The notes under the pieces were generated by a model that was not told the DNA's origin, ran no database searches, and worked only from the letters and a program-made list of their open reading frames with translations. Positions 30,122 to 39,312 of a stretch of 64,000 bases of DNA are shown here, in pieces (the stretch's first letter is position 1; each line of letters begins with the position of its first letter). The position numbers and the translations under genes are program-made. The stretch covers positions 544,001-608,000 of the forward strand of contig OZ244587.1 of NCBI GenBank assembly GCA_965218095.1, read 5' to 3'. The DNA is from Candidatus Poribacteria bacterium (GTDB lineage Bacteria; Poribacteria; WGA-4E; PCPOR2b).

Positions 30122-31702
30122 TCACCGTTTTATCGCATCAATCTGAGCGGCACGCTTCTCTAGTTTTTCAGCTTTTTCGCTACGGTTCGTTGCTCTATAG
30201 AGTGCTGCAAGGTTGTTCAGACTTGCCGCCACATTGGGGTGGTCGGAGCCGAGCGCTTTTTCCACTATTGAGAGTGAACGTTTGTAGAGGGGTTCGGCTT
30301 TAGCGTAATTGCCTTGGGTGTCATAGAGTAGTGCAAGATTGTTGAGGCTTGTTGCCACATCGGGGTGGTCGGAGCCGAGTGCTTTTTCCGAGATTGAGAG
30401 TGCACGCTTGTAGAGCGGTTCGGCTTTGGCGTAATTGCCTTGGGTGTCATAGAGTCCTGCCAGATTGTTGAGGCTTATCGCCACATCGGGGTGGTCGTAG
30501 CCGAGTGCTTTTTCCGTTATTGAGAGTGCACGCTTGAGGAGCGGTTCGGCTTTGGCGTAATTGCCTTGGGTGTCATAGAGTAATGCAAGATTGTTGAGGC
30601 TTGTTGCCACATCGGGGTGGTCGGAGCCGAGCGTTTTTTCCTTTATTGAGAGGGAGCGTTTGTAGAGCGGTTCGGCTTTGGCGTAATCGCCTTGGGTGTC
30701 ATAGAGTGCTGCAAGATTGTTCAGGCTTGTTGCCACATCGGGGTGGTCGGAGCCGAGTGCTTTTTCCCTTATTGAGAGGGCACGCTTGAGGAGGGGTTCG
30801 GCTTTGGCGTAATTGCCTTGGGTGTCATAGAGTAGTGCAAGATTGTTGAGGCTTGTCGCCACATCGGGGTGGTCGGAGCCGAGTGCTTTTTCCGAGATTG
30901 AGAGTGCACGCTTGTGGAGGGGTTCGGCTTTTGCGTAATTGCCTTGGGTTCTATAGAGTGCTGCAAGGTTGTTCAGACTTTGAGCCACATCGGGGTGGTC
31001 GGAGCCGAGTGCTTTTTCCGAGATTGAGAGTGCACGCTTGAGGAGCGGTTCGGCTTTGGCGTAATCGCCTTGGGTGTCATAGAGTGCTGCAAGATTGTTG
31101 AGGCTTGTCGCCACATTAGGGTGGTCGGGACCGAGTGCTTTTTCGTGTATTGAGAGCGCACGCTTGTACAACGGTTCGGCTTTGGCGTAATTGCCTTGGG
31201 TGTCATAGAGCAATGCAAGATTGTTGAGGCTTTGAGCCACATTGGGGTGTTCGGGACCGAGTGCTTTTTCCCTTATTGAGAGCGCACGCTTGAGGAGCGG
31301 TTCGGCTTTGGCGTAATTGCCTTGGGTTCTATAAAGTTCTGCAAGATTGTTGAGGCTTGCCGCCACATTGGGGTGGTCGTAGCCGAGCGCTTTTTCGTGT
31401 ATTGAGAGCGCACGCTTGTACAACGGTTCGGCTTTGGCGTAATTGCCTTGGGTGGCATAGAGTGCTGCCAGATTGTTGAGGCTTGTCGCCACAGCGGGGT
31501 GGTCGGGACCGACACTGTTCTCAGCGACTTTGTAAGCTTCTTGAGCAACAATGACAGCACGCTCATATTTGCCTGCACGATAGAGTTTAACAACTTCCTG
31601 ATTCAGAATATCCCATTCTATGCCAGCTCCCTGTGCAAAGACATTTAATGCTCCGAGTTGTAAGAGCGAAAAAATCACTGTAACTAATTTTACAATTTTC
31701 AT
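30122..31702 (-). CDS. Secreted tetratricopeptide-repeat protein (kinesin-light-chain-type 42-aa repeats)
   Basis: Signal peptide; 10 full near-identical HPDVATSLNNLA..EKALG repeats plus degenerate flanking ones. Confidence 0.93.
   Translation of the reverse strand: MKIVKLVTVIFSLLQLGALNVFAQGAGIEWDILNQEVVKLYRAGKYERAVIVAQEAYKVAENSVGPDHPAVATSLNNLAALYATQGNYAKAEPLYKRALSIHEKALGYDHPNVAASLNNLAELYRTQGNYAKAEPLLKRALSIREKALGPEHPNVAQSLNNLALLYDTQGNYAKAEPLYKRALSIHEKALGPDHPNVATSLNNLAALYDTQGDYAKAEPLLKRALSISEKALGSDHPDVAQSLNNLAALYRTQGNYAKAEPLHKRALSISEKALGSDHPDVATSLNNLALLYDTQGNYAKAEPLLKRALSIREKALGSDHPDVATSLNNLAALYDTQGDYAKAEPLYKRSLSIKEKTLGSDHPDVATSLNNLALLYDTQGNYAKAEPLLKRALSITEKALGYDHPDVAISLNNLAGLYDTQGNYAKAEPLYKRALSISEKALGSDHPDVATSLNNLALLYDTQGNYAKAEPLYKRSLSIVEKALGSDHPNVAASLNNLAALYRATNRSEKAEKLEKRAAQIDAIKR
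30240..31500 (-). repeat. 126-bp coding tandem repeat, about 10 units
   Basis: Recurring CGGTTCGGCTTTGGCGTAATTGCCTTGGG at 126-bp period. Confidence 0.92.
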
Positions 31703-31718
31703 ATTTATATCCTTGTAT

Positions 31719-31864
31719 GGCTAACGAAAAAGTTCAGTTGTCCGATGAATCGGACGAGCACGGTGCCGGTTTGCCGAAAACTGTTCGGCAAACCAAAAAC
31801 CGCCACATACCAGAACCTAATAAAAACCGCATTTCACGCCATCGCCTGCAACGGCTGGTTCGGT
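31719..31864 (-). other. attC site (family B, 146 bp)
   Basis: ACCGAAC-CAGCC-GTTGCAG..CTGAAC-TTTTTC-GTTAGCC; the upstream gene's stop lies inside the site. Confidence 0.85.
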
Positions 31865-32064
31865 GCTTGGTTTTCTATCTGCTCATAGGATAAATCGGGA
31901 AGACTAGCTTGTTGACGAGCGTGTTCAACGGTCATTGCTACCAGATTTCCTGAAACATCCAAATCGATGTAAATATTTTCGTTAATCTCTTTCGTTTCAG
32001 CCACTTCGAGATCCGAAAATTCGACTAATGCCGTATCTGTCTCTGGAAAATACTTCACTTTCAT
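31834..32064 (-). CDS. DUF2283-family putative antitoxin
   Basis: MKVKYFPETDTALVEF..IYIDLDVSGNLVAMTVEHA. Confidence 0.82.
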   Translation of the reverse strand: MKVKYFPETDTALVEFSDLEVAETKEINENIYIDLDVSGNLVAMTVEHARQQASLPDLSYEQIENQAPNQPLQAMA

Positions 32065-32303
32065 CGATTTCCTCCCTTAAAACTCCTATCGAAAAAGGCA
32101 TTATGAACCGTTTCCCCATCTGCGAGTAAAATGACTCTGAGGAACTTATTTTCTTCTTTGATCTTTTTCCACTTTCTTATTCTGCCATCAGACTGAACTT
32201 CTGTATGGATGGGATTCTTGATAGTTTCTTCAATCCATTCCATCTTAATTTTGGCACGGTCAGGTCTTTGGCGCATGTGGAGAAAGTATTGGGTCAATTT
32301 CAA
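32061..32303 (-). CDS. DUF4258/RelE-like putative toxin
   Basis: 80 aa, basic; WIEETIKNP..LRVILLADGETVHNAFFDR; ATGA overlap with the DUF2283 gene. Confidence 0.7.
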   Translation of the reverse strand: MKLTQYFLHMRQRPDRAKIKMEWIEETIKNPIHTEVQSDGRIRKWKKIKEENKFLRVILLADGETVHNAFFDRSFKGGNR

Positions 32304-32331
32304 TTCTTTGCAATAGCCTCCGTCAAATCTC

Positions 32332-32429
32332 TCCTAACGCCAGAGGTGAGCGGCGAGTGACAGGTGTGAGACGCTCGAATTGGAGAAAAAACTGCGCTGT
32401 CACCTGCCAGCTTCAGCTCTTTGTTATGT
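32332..32429 (-). other. attC site (98 bp)
   Basis: ACATAAC-AAAGA-GCTGAAGC..GTGACAG..CTGTCAC..GCTCACC-TCTGGC-GTTAGGA, 1 bp after the GIY-YIG stop. Confidence 0.8.
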
Positions 32430-32430
32430 G

Positions 32431-32925
32431 TTAGTTTGAGTTTAGCCCAAAGGACCGGGTCCCAAGCTTTTTCTTGTACATCTGCTCGTATTTGATCGCT
32501 TTCAATTGCGTCAAGTCCTTCGGCAACGTTTGCAAGACCGTGAAGTTGAAATTACGCCCATATTGCGGATCACTTTCGACGAGAACACGAAGCTCTTTAT
32601 TGTCACCGTGAACGGTCTTGACGTAACGTCTCCATCTCCCCAACAAGCCGTGCTTCCCACTGGCGGAACCAACATACTGCATTCCCGTCTGGGTATCCAC
32701 AATCAAGTACACTGCTGCGACCGCAGACAACATAGTGTGCCATTCCTGATTTGCGACTGGGTTCTCTATAATCTCAACCAACTCATCGAAGGTGAGAACG
32801 AAGTCGAGATAACCCGGAAAGGGCTGTACACATCCTGGGGGCAGTACTTGAACAACAGTTTTGTCCGTCAGCCATTGATCCCATCGACGTGACTTGCCCC
32901 AAGCAATGACCACGCGGCGTTTCAA
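32431..32925 (-). pseudogene. GIY-YIG nuclease-family protein, 5' truncated
   Basis: AVYLIVD..QYVGSASG..GRW; no RBS/ATG, fused directly to a half attC. Confidence 0.8.
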
Positions 32926-32934
32926 ATCCTCAAA

Positions 32935-32968
32935 ATTTCACGCCATCGCCTGCAACGGCTGGTTCGGT
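32935..32968 (-). other. Half attC (R''/L'' side), identical to part of 31719-31864
   Basis: ATTTCACGCCATCGCCTGCAACGGCTGGTTCGGT matches 31831-31864 exactly. Confidence 0.8.
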
Positions 32969-33092
32969 GCGTTCACTAGATACTTTGATCAATTGCATGT
33001 TGCCAGCCACTCATTGACCCGTTTTTCGACGTTTAGAATAGCAGGGGCTTTGATTAAGCATGTGTGCCTTCATCGGTGTTTGTTCTATTAAA

Positions 33093-33163
33093 GCATAACG
33101 ATAAAGTTCAGTGGCGGCAATGGAGCGTAGCGGGATTGCCGCCGCTGCAGCGCCTTGTTAGGG
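33093..33163 (-). other. attC site (family C, 71 bp)
   Basis: CCCTAAC-AAGGC-GCTGCAGCGGCGGCAAT..ATTGCCGCCACTGAAC-TTTATC-GTTATGC; REase stop TAA lies in R''; GCGCCCTAAC complements cassette start GTTAGGGCGC. Confidence 0.92.
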
Positions 33164-34111
33164 CGCATTGTATGGCCCAAGGAAACGCGCACCGTTAAAA
33201 TGGATTAGGTGCGATGGGGCATCGGCTACCCACACTTCCGTTTCCCACGCGATTTCGCCGAGATACTGTCCCATGATGACGCGGTTTGGGAAGGCGCTCA
33301 CATAGACCAGCCCAGGTTTTGACCTAGCAAAGAGATTGGTGAGTTCGTCATGCCGCTTGCCATTGACGGGGCCATGACTGGTAACCGACTCAACCAAGAG
33401 CAGCCAATTCTTCTCGGTATAGTGCAGCACCACATCAGGCATCTTGCCGTGTGAATCCACACCGATACCCAGTTCGGCCAGCAGGTCCGCGTCGAAGTAA
33501 CCCCACTTGTCTCCAGTGTCGCCAACATAGACCAGCACGCCACCCGGTGCGAAGCGTGGAGCGAAGTTCTCAATGATGGCTCGAATCAGTTCGCTGTGCT
33601 CGCCGGGGCTAAGAGTGATTCCCTTCCCCGGTGAAATCTCAACCGGAATACGATTCTGCTCCCGCTCCTTGGCATAGCGGGCTACCAGAGTTTCGCGCTC
33701 GGCCAGATAAGCCGTCAGCGCGTCATGCCATGCAGAGGTGTTGAAAGTATGCAGCAGAGCCAGCGCGGCGGGTTCGATTTGATAGACGGCCTTCGGGCTG
33801 TTTACCGGACGGTCCGGCCTGTCCGGGTTGTAAAGTGCGATACCGGCATCGCAGAACTGGTGCATCGTTTGGCGACGAACTGTCTCGCGGGTGTTCGGTG
33901 CATATTCCTTGTCGTAGTGCTCTCGCGCCCAATCTATGATGGGCGTGATGCCTACAAGCGGGTTTTCGGCATCAGCCCAGGCTTTGCCTGGCGTGAGGTT
34001 CAGTAATGCCAGCAAACAGAGAGCGGAGCGCTCGTTCTGTTGCGCCCGTGGCAAACCCAGCGAAATGATGATCTGGTGAGCGGCTTCAATATAATCGTTC
34101 TTGTTGTTCAT
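33158..34111 (-). CDS. Type II restriction endonuclease, BsuBI/PstI family
   Basis: YAPNTRETVRRQTMHQF, LSPGEHS, HGKMPDVV..LVESVTSHGP, IAWETEVW. Confidence 0.9.
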   Translation of the reverse strand: MNNKNDYIEAAHQIIISLGLPRAQQNERSALCLLALLNLTPGKAWADAENPLVGITPIIDWAREHYDKEYAPNTRETVRRQTMHQFCDAGIALYNPDRPDRPVNSPKAVYQIEPAALALLHTFNTSAWHDALTAYLAERETLVARYAKEREQNRIPVEISPGKGITLSPGEHSELIRAIIENFAPRFAPGGVLVYVGDTGDKWGYFDADLLAELGIGVDSHGKMPDVVLHYTEKNWLLLVESVTSHGPVNGKRHDELTNLFARSKPGLVYVSAFPNRVIMGQYLGEIAWETEVWVADAPSHLIHFNGARFLGPYNAP

Positions 34112-35589
34112 TCGGCTAAAGTCCCTAGCTTGGCGTCAATCATGGTCTGCGTGAGTTCTCCTTGTTGCACGGCCCATTTGCCAATTTCAATGAGAGCGTC
34201 ACGGCTCGGGTACTTCATAAGTTTGAGGTCGGTAGCATTGACTTGCGTGTGACCGCTGAAGCATCGGTAATATTCATCAACGGCAGTTGAATTGAGGAAC
34301 ACGGCCAGCCCACGCGCCAACGCCTGTGGCAAGCCGCGCTTGTTCTCGTGGAAAAAATTTAAGTGGTTCTCAAAGCCCAGCATGGGTGCGTTATCGAGTG
34401 CGCTAGGGTCAACCACGCTCGCCACGATTCGGCGTCTCTCCTCCTTGGACGTGAAGCGCCGCACCACGCAATAAAAGCCGCTCGGATATAGCCATTTTTC
34501 GGTATCACCGTTGCGCAGGATAGCGTTTGGCTTCTTCCTACCGGCAACCGGCCATTTGGCGCCAATGCCGCTGAAATGGCACGGATAGAGCAAAGGCACG
34601 GAACCCGCCTCCGGCATGTCGCGCAAGTGCTCTTTCAGCCGGAAATCGATTACTGGGCCAGTCGAAACATTGATGCCAAGATCGGCCAGCGCGTAGCGGA
34701 TGATCGGAGCTAGTTCGATGGTGCTTTCGGGCGATAATGGCACACGGATAAATTGCTCCGAGTCATCCGGGAAAACGATCTGATCGAACGAGTATTTGTG
34801 GGTGGTAAGGTTGGTGAAGGTGTCATCGGCCGAAGTGGAAACTGTTACCGGGCCTTGTTGTCCACTACGCTCAAGTCGGATAATAATGTTCTCTTGCAAC
34901 ACTTTATCATCCTTGAATGTTTTGTTACGAGACTCGAAAAGATGCACGTGCCGGATGGCTGCACGCTCAAGGATGAAGTCACGAAACGGGCGGTAATACG
35001 GTCCATTACAGAAACTGCGCGGAATGATTGCCACGATTTGCCCGCCCGGCGCGGCTAGCGCGACAGCTAGCGCCACAAAAGCCGAATACAGATTCACCGT
35101 CTCGACGCCAACACGGCGTAAGGCTAAACGGTGCGATGAATTACTATTGATCTTTTTGTAAGGTGGGTTAAGGATGGCGTGAGTATATTTTTGGAGTTCT
35201 TCGGCGAAAAGGCTTCCAGAAAGCCAATCTACGGCGGCGTGTATAAAATCGACCTTTCGGATTGTCGGAATAAACTCTGGATTATTTCTGTATTTTTCCA
35301 ATGTTTGATTCAAATAGGAATGCAGAGAATCGTCAATCTCGAAAGCATCTAGCTCTACACGCTGAAAGTTAAAACCAGCGGCATCCCACCTTTCCAAGAA
35401 AGCGGCAGAAAGCGAGCCAATTCCGGCTCCCGCATCAAGCAAGCGACAACTGCCTTTGCCGTCGGGGAAAAGACTGGCCATGAAAGCCGCAGTTCTTGCT
35501 GATGTAAGAAACTGGCCGAACTGCGATTTTTTCTTCGCTTCGGTGTTCTTTGATAACCGCAATCTGGTTTGTTCAACCGTTGACAACAT
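34108..35589 (-). CDS. N6-adenine DNA methyltransferase, BsuBI/PstI (gamma) type
   Basis: GQFLT, LLDAGAGIG, ILNPPY, FSGHTQVNATDL; ATGA overlap with the REase. Confidence 0.92.
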   Translation of the reverse strand: MLSTVEQTRLRLSKNTEAKKKSQFGQFLTSARTAAFMASLFPDGKGSCRLLDAGAGIGSLSAAFLERWDAAGFNFQRVELDAFEIDDSLHSYLNQTLEKYRNNPEFIPTIRKVDFIHAAVDWLSGSLFAEELQKYTHAILNPPYKKINSNSSHRLALRRVGVETVNLYSAFVALAVALAAPGGQIVAIIPRSFCNGPYYRPFRDFILERAAIRHVHLFESRNKTFKDDKVLQENIIIRLERSGQQGPVTVSTSADDTFTNLTTHKYSFDQIVFPDDSEQFIRVPLSPESTIELAPIIRYALADLGINVSTGPVIDFRLKEHLRDMPEAGSVPLLYPCHFSGIGAKWPVAGRKKPNAILRNGDTEKWLYPSGFYCVVRRFTSKEERRRIVASVVDPSALDNAPMLGFENHLNFFHENKRGLPQALARGLAVFLNSTAVDEYYRCFSGHTQVNATDLKLMKYPSRDALIEIGKWAVQQGELTQTMIDAKLGTLAE

Positions 35590-35608
35590 GATGCACCTCC
35601 TTTTTGCG

Positions 35609-35627
35609 CCCTAACATAATATTAGCC
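35609..35627 (-). other. attI-like simple site heading the cassette array
   Basis: Minus strand GGCTAAT-ATTAT-GTTAGGG (L box, 5-nt spacer, R box GTTRRR) with no attC hairpin upstream. Confidence 0.65.
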
Positions 35628-35642
35628 AATACTTCTGTGCTT

Positions 35643-35671
35643 AATATATACTATCGTCAGGAAAAAGGCAA
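35643..35671 (-). promoter_or_regulatory. Pc-like sigma70 promoter
   Basis: Minus strand TTGCCT-17 nt-TATATT directly upstream of the attI-like site. Confidence 0.55.
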
Positions 35672-35782
35672 CAGAAAAAAGCGTGAGAAAACACTTGTCC
35701 AGTGTTGATGTCACTCTTAATGATGGAACCGATTTGGTTTCTGATGAAACGTGGCAGGTGGATGCTGGCGCCCCGATTGCAG

Positions 35783-35839
35783 GTGGGAGGGTAAGGCTCC
35801 CGCCAAACCTTTAGCTCCGCGGGAGCGTCGCCCTCCCAC
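35783..35839. repeat. REP-like palindrome
   Basis: GTGGGAGGG..GCTCCCGC..GCGGGAGC..CCCTCCCAC. Confidence 0.6.
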
Positions 35840-35911
35840 GGCGCGGCGAGGAATCAATTGTCGTACATTTTCTCCATAGACCCCCTGAACAGTTACGTTT
35901 CGGGATTGTCC

Positions 35912-37039
35912 TTACGTCGTCAGCAATTCCCGCAACCGATTGGAGACAACCTGCATATCATTGTCAATCAGGTTCGACACAGCGATGTGCAGGGAACCAT
36001 TACCGCCGTGCAAGCAGATACTTGGATCGCCGTCGAGTAATGTCTCTGAAATTTGTTCAGCGGTCTTGCCCAACCCACCTTCATCCAGTGTAATCTGCAG
36101 CCCATTTCCGAGTGTGTGTTCATCTAAGACCGTCGAGCAGGTGATATGGGGAACACCGTCCAGAGCATCCTGAATGGCTTGCGCTTTCTGCTGATGTTCC
36201 GCGATCCGCGCCTCGTGATCCATGCCAAACCACTCGCGCAAAGCCGCGACAACAGCAATAATCTCCTGACGGTCCAGTTTCAGTGGCCTGCCGACACAGC
36301 GCGACTCCTGGGTTTCATAGCCGATGAAGCTGTGCAGAAAGGCAGAATCCACCAAATCCTTGCGCCCGCACAGTACCCCCGTCGAATTGCACGCGCCGAA
36401 GTATTTCGCGCCGTAGCCGATAAGATCAGCGCCCGCCTCTGGATAGCGGCGCATCTGCTCCAAGGGATAGACCTGACTTGCCGCATCAACGATCACAGGA
36501 ATATCATGCGCTTTGCCGATGGTCAAAACCTCATCCAGCGGCACAACGCCCGCGTCGTTTCCGGGCGCAACGTAGTGGATGGCGGCAGTTTTGTCCGTGA
36601 TGGCGGCCTCTACTTGATCGGCGGTGGTATACTCATCGCCTGCCTCGATTATTTTTGCCCCGAAGATGGTCAGACACCGGTCGTAGTGGTATCGCTGGGA
36701 TTTTTGAATGACGATTTCATCTTTCATCCCTGTCGTATCCGGCAGTTGCTGAATTTTCTCCGGATCGCTTCCGGTCATACACGCCGCTGAACTCAGCGCA
36801 AGGGCTGCGGCACAGCCGGGTGTCACCAGAGCTCCCTCGGCGCCCAGAATCCCGGCGATAACATCACCCGATTTCTTCAGCAGTTCTTCCATGTCCGCGA
36901 AGTATCGGCTCGCGTGATTCATTGCTGCCTGAACCCCTGGTGAAGGTCTTGAGCCGCCGAGCACTGTCTTAAACCCTATAGCGTTGATGACAGGCTTCAC
37001 GCCTAACTCCTGGTAAACTCTAAGTCCATCTTGATTCAT
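35912..37039 (-). CDS. SelA-like PLP-dependent enzyme
   Basis: LGVKPVINA.G..TVLGGS, VIVDAAS, YGAKY, GRPLKL. Confidence 0.85.
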   Translation of the reverse strand: MNQDGLRVYQELGVKPVINAIGFKTVLGGSRPSPGVQAAMNHASRYFADMEELLKKSGDVIAGILGAEGALVTPGCAAALALSSAACMTGSDPEKIQQLPDTTGMKDEIVIQKSQRYHYDRCLTIFGAKIIEAGDEYTTADQVEAAITDKTAAIHYVAPGNDAGVVPLDEVLTIGKAHDIPVIVDAASQVYPLEQMRRYPEAGADLIGYGAKYFGACNSTGVLCGRKDLVDSAFLHSFIGYETQESRCVGRPLKLDRQEIIAVVAALREWFGMDHEARIAEHQQKAQAIQDALDGVPHITCSTVLDEHTLGNGLQITLDEGGLGKTAEQISETLLDGDPSICLHGGNGSLHIAVSNLIDNDMQVVSNRLRELLTT

Positions 37040-38123
37040 TGTTATCTTCCTTGCCCTGTATTAACAGGGGAATAAATTTATGGTTGGAACGTGGAAAAGG
37101 AAATTGATCAATCTGATCAACCGTAATCCAGCGATAATCTACCGGATCGTTCAAAGCCACTTCACCAGACTGATAACGACAACAAAAAACATCCATCACA
37201 ATCTTAAAGTGTGTGTAGGCATGCTTGACGCGGGTGAGGTATTCGGTGGGTTCAACCAAAAGGTTCACTTCTTCTCGAATTATTCGGCAACAAGCCTGTT
37301 CAGCGGTTTCGTCCGCCTTAATTTCGCCGCTAGGGAATTCCCATAACCCTCCGAGTAAGCCATCAGGTTTGCGTTGGGTGATTAAAATCTGGTCGTCTTT
37401 GTAGGCGATCCCCGCGACGATATGATACTCTGGAATCGGTTTGGATTTCCGATGGGTCGGAAATTCATCCTGTCGGGCAGTCTGAGAGGCGCGACAGAGT
37501 GTGTTCACCGGACAGACGATACAGGTCGGAGAATTCGGGCGGCAGACGGTCGCCCCCAACTCCATCATCGCCTGATTAAAAATTCCCGGCGCGTTGTGGT
37601 CTAATAGCAAATCCGCCTTTTCTCGAAAAATCGTCCTAGACGCCGATTGATTGACCGGTGAATGGATGAGAAATAGCCGTGCCAGCACACGTTTGACATT
37701 TCCATCTACGACGGCGTAAGGAAGATTAAGCACGATGCTCTGTACCGCCGCGGCGATGTACTCCCCCACGCCAGGCAACTTTCGGAACGTGGCATAATCC
37801 GCCGGTATCTCTCCCCCAAACTCCTGCGCGACAACTTTGGTGGCTTTGTGTAGATTCCGCGCTCTGGCATAGTATCCTAATCCTTCCCAAGTTTTCAGCA
37901 CGTCCTGCAAATCCGCCTCTGCCAAACTTTGAGCATCGGGGAACTTGTCCACAAATTTCTGGTAATATTCCAGCACTTTTTTGACCTGCGTCTGCTGAAG
38001 CATCACCTCGGAGACCCAGATGCAGTAAAGATCTTTGGTTTCGCGCCAGGGGAGTTTTCGATGATGGATCTCGAACCATTGCAGCAGATTTTTGCGAAAT
38101 TGTGCAATGTTTTTTGAAGTCAT
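37020..38123 (-). CDS. mutY: A/G-specific adenine glycosylase
   Basis: WVSEVMLQQTQV, WEGLGYYARARNL, VDGNVKRV, 4Fe-4S Cys cluster, LGGLWEFP. Confidence 0.96.
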   Translation of the reverse strand: MTSKNIAQFRKNLLQWFEIHHRKLPWRETKDLYCIWVSEVMLQQTQVKKVLEYYQKFVDKFPDAQSLAEADLQDVLKTWEGLGYYARARNLHKATKVVAQEFGGEIPADYATFRKLPGVGEYIAAAVQSIVLNLPYAVVDGNVKRVLARLFLIHSPVNQSASRTIFREKADLLLDHNAPGIFNQAMMELGATVCRPNSPTCIVCPVNTLCRASQTARQDEFPTHRKSKPIPEYHIVAGIAYKDDQILITQRKPDGLLGGLWEFPSGEIKADETAEQACCRIIREEVNLLVEPTEYLTRVKHAYTHFKIVMDVFCCRYQSGEVALNDPVDYRWITVDQIDQFPFPRSNHKFIPLLIQGKEDNNESRWT

Positions 38124-38202
38124 AGTCAGTTAAGCAACTTTCAGTATTAAAGTTTATCTTCTGAAGTGCCCCTTCGGCTGAGCTCACTCGACCGTAAATT
38201 GA

Positions 38203-39198
38203 CTACACATGAAACTCCAGAACATCCTCATCGTGAACAACGTCATCCCGGCTAACGGGTTGCCCATCATACCAGTTGGGTCCCCAGATTCGCGCGGACT
38301 TAAAGTCCTCGGCGAAATCCTTGTGCAATGCTCTGGCTGCATCAATCACCGTGCTGCTGATTGGCAGCACGATTGGATCTTCGTAATCGACGGGTTTGCC
38401 GGGGGATTTCGTGTAAACGCGCAAAATATTCAACTGCTCGTATATTGTTTTCTGCAACCGATCAAGCCCTTCGCCGGTGATGGTGGAAAGTGGGTAGATC
38501 TGGAAATCGTCAGCGTAGAACTCGCACAAAATCTCCAGTCGATCCGCGGCGCCACCTTCATCCGCTTGGTTCGCAATAATCCAGACTGTTTTGGTGAAAT
38601 TTGCACTGAACCCTTCATCAGCATCGTCTAACCTCCCCGCTACCCCTTCGATCTGAATCTTTGCTTCAGCTAATTTCGATTTGACGATTTCAACCTGATC
38701 GAGGACTTCATCGCTTGCAAGGCTGACAACCAGAAACACGAGATCTGCATTTCTAACGAGATCGAACACCCAGGGCTGGACGAAGTCCGGTGTGATGGGC
38801 GGCGTGTCGACCAACTGAAATTGGATATTCTCGTAAACCAGCATACCAACGACAGGTTCCTGCGTCGTATACGGCGTGGGTGAGACAGCGGGTTTAGCCT
38901 TCGTAAAGCTGGCGACAATCTGTGATTTGCCGACATTCGGAGTACCAATCAGCACGAGTTGTCCGGCGCCCTGTTTCGGTATATGATAACTGTGTCCCTT
39001 CCTCGACTGCTTTTTCCCGGCAGTTTTCTGCAGCTTTGCGATTCGTGACCGAAGGTCCGCCCTAACCTTTTCCGTCCCCTTATGCTTTGGCGTGATCCGC
39101 GTCATCTCCTCTAACAGTTGGAGTCGCTCGTCGTCAGTCCTCGCCGATTCCAGTTCATGCTTGAGTTTATAATATTCAGGAGGAAGATTTGCTGGCAT
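38203..39198 (-). CDS. DRG/Obg-type GTPase with TGS domain
   Basis: MPANLPPEY, PKHKGTEK, GTPNVGKS, YTT, DTPP, C-terminal TGS. Confidence 0.88.
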   Translation of the reverse strand: MPANLPPEYYKLKHELESARTDDERLQLLEEMTRITPKHKGTEKVRADLRSRIAKLQKTAGKKQSRKGHSYHIPKQGAGQLVLIGTPNVGKSQIVASFTKAKPAVSPTPYTTQEPVVGMLVYENIQFQLVDTPPITPDFVQPWVFDLVRNADLVFLVVSLASDEVLDQVEIVKSKLAEAKIQIEGVAGRLDDADEGFSANFTKTVWIIANQADEGGAADRLEILCEFYADDFQIYPLSTITGEGLDRLQKTIYEQLNILRVYTKSPGKPVDYEDPIVLPISSTVIDAARALHKDFAEDFKSARIWGPNWYDGQPVSRDDVVHDEDVLEFHV

Positions 39199-39312
39199 AG
39201 TAACAACCTCCGTTCGTATTGCGTGATGCGTATCTAACAGAATCAGCCAATCACCAAAACAGGAATAGTGCTAACTCCACAGCATCACGTATTACGCGTT
39301 ATATTTTACGTT

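Noticed and set aside
30240-31500. Regular repeats as a CRISPR array
   Set aside because: 126-bp in-frame coding TPR repeats without unique spacers; no cas genes
35672-35911. Remnant integron integrase upstream of attI
   Set aside because: No tyrosine-recombinase motifs recognised in the divergent frames; only a short unrelated fragment and a REP-like palindrome
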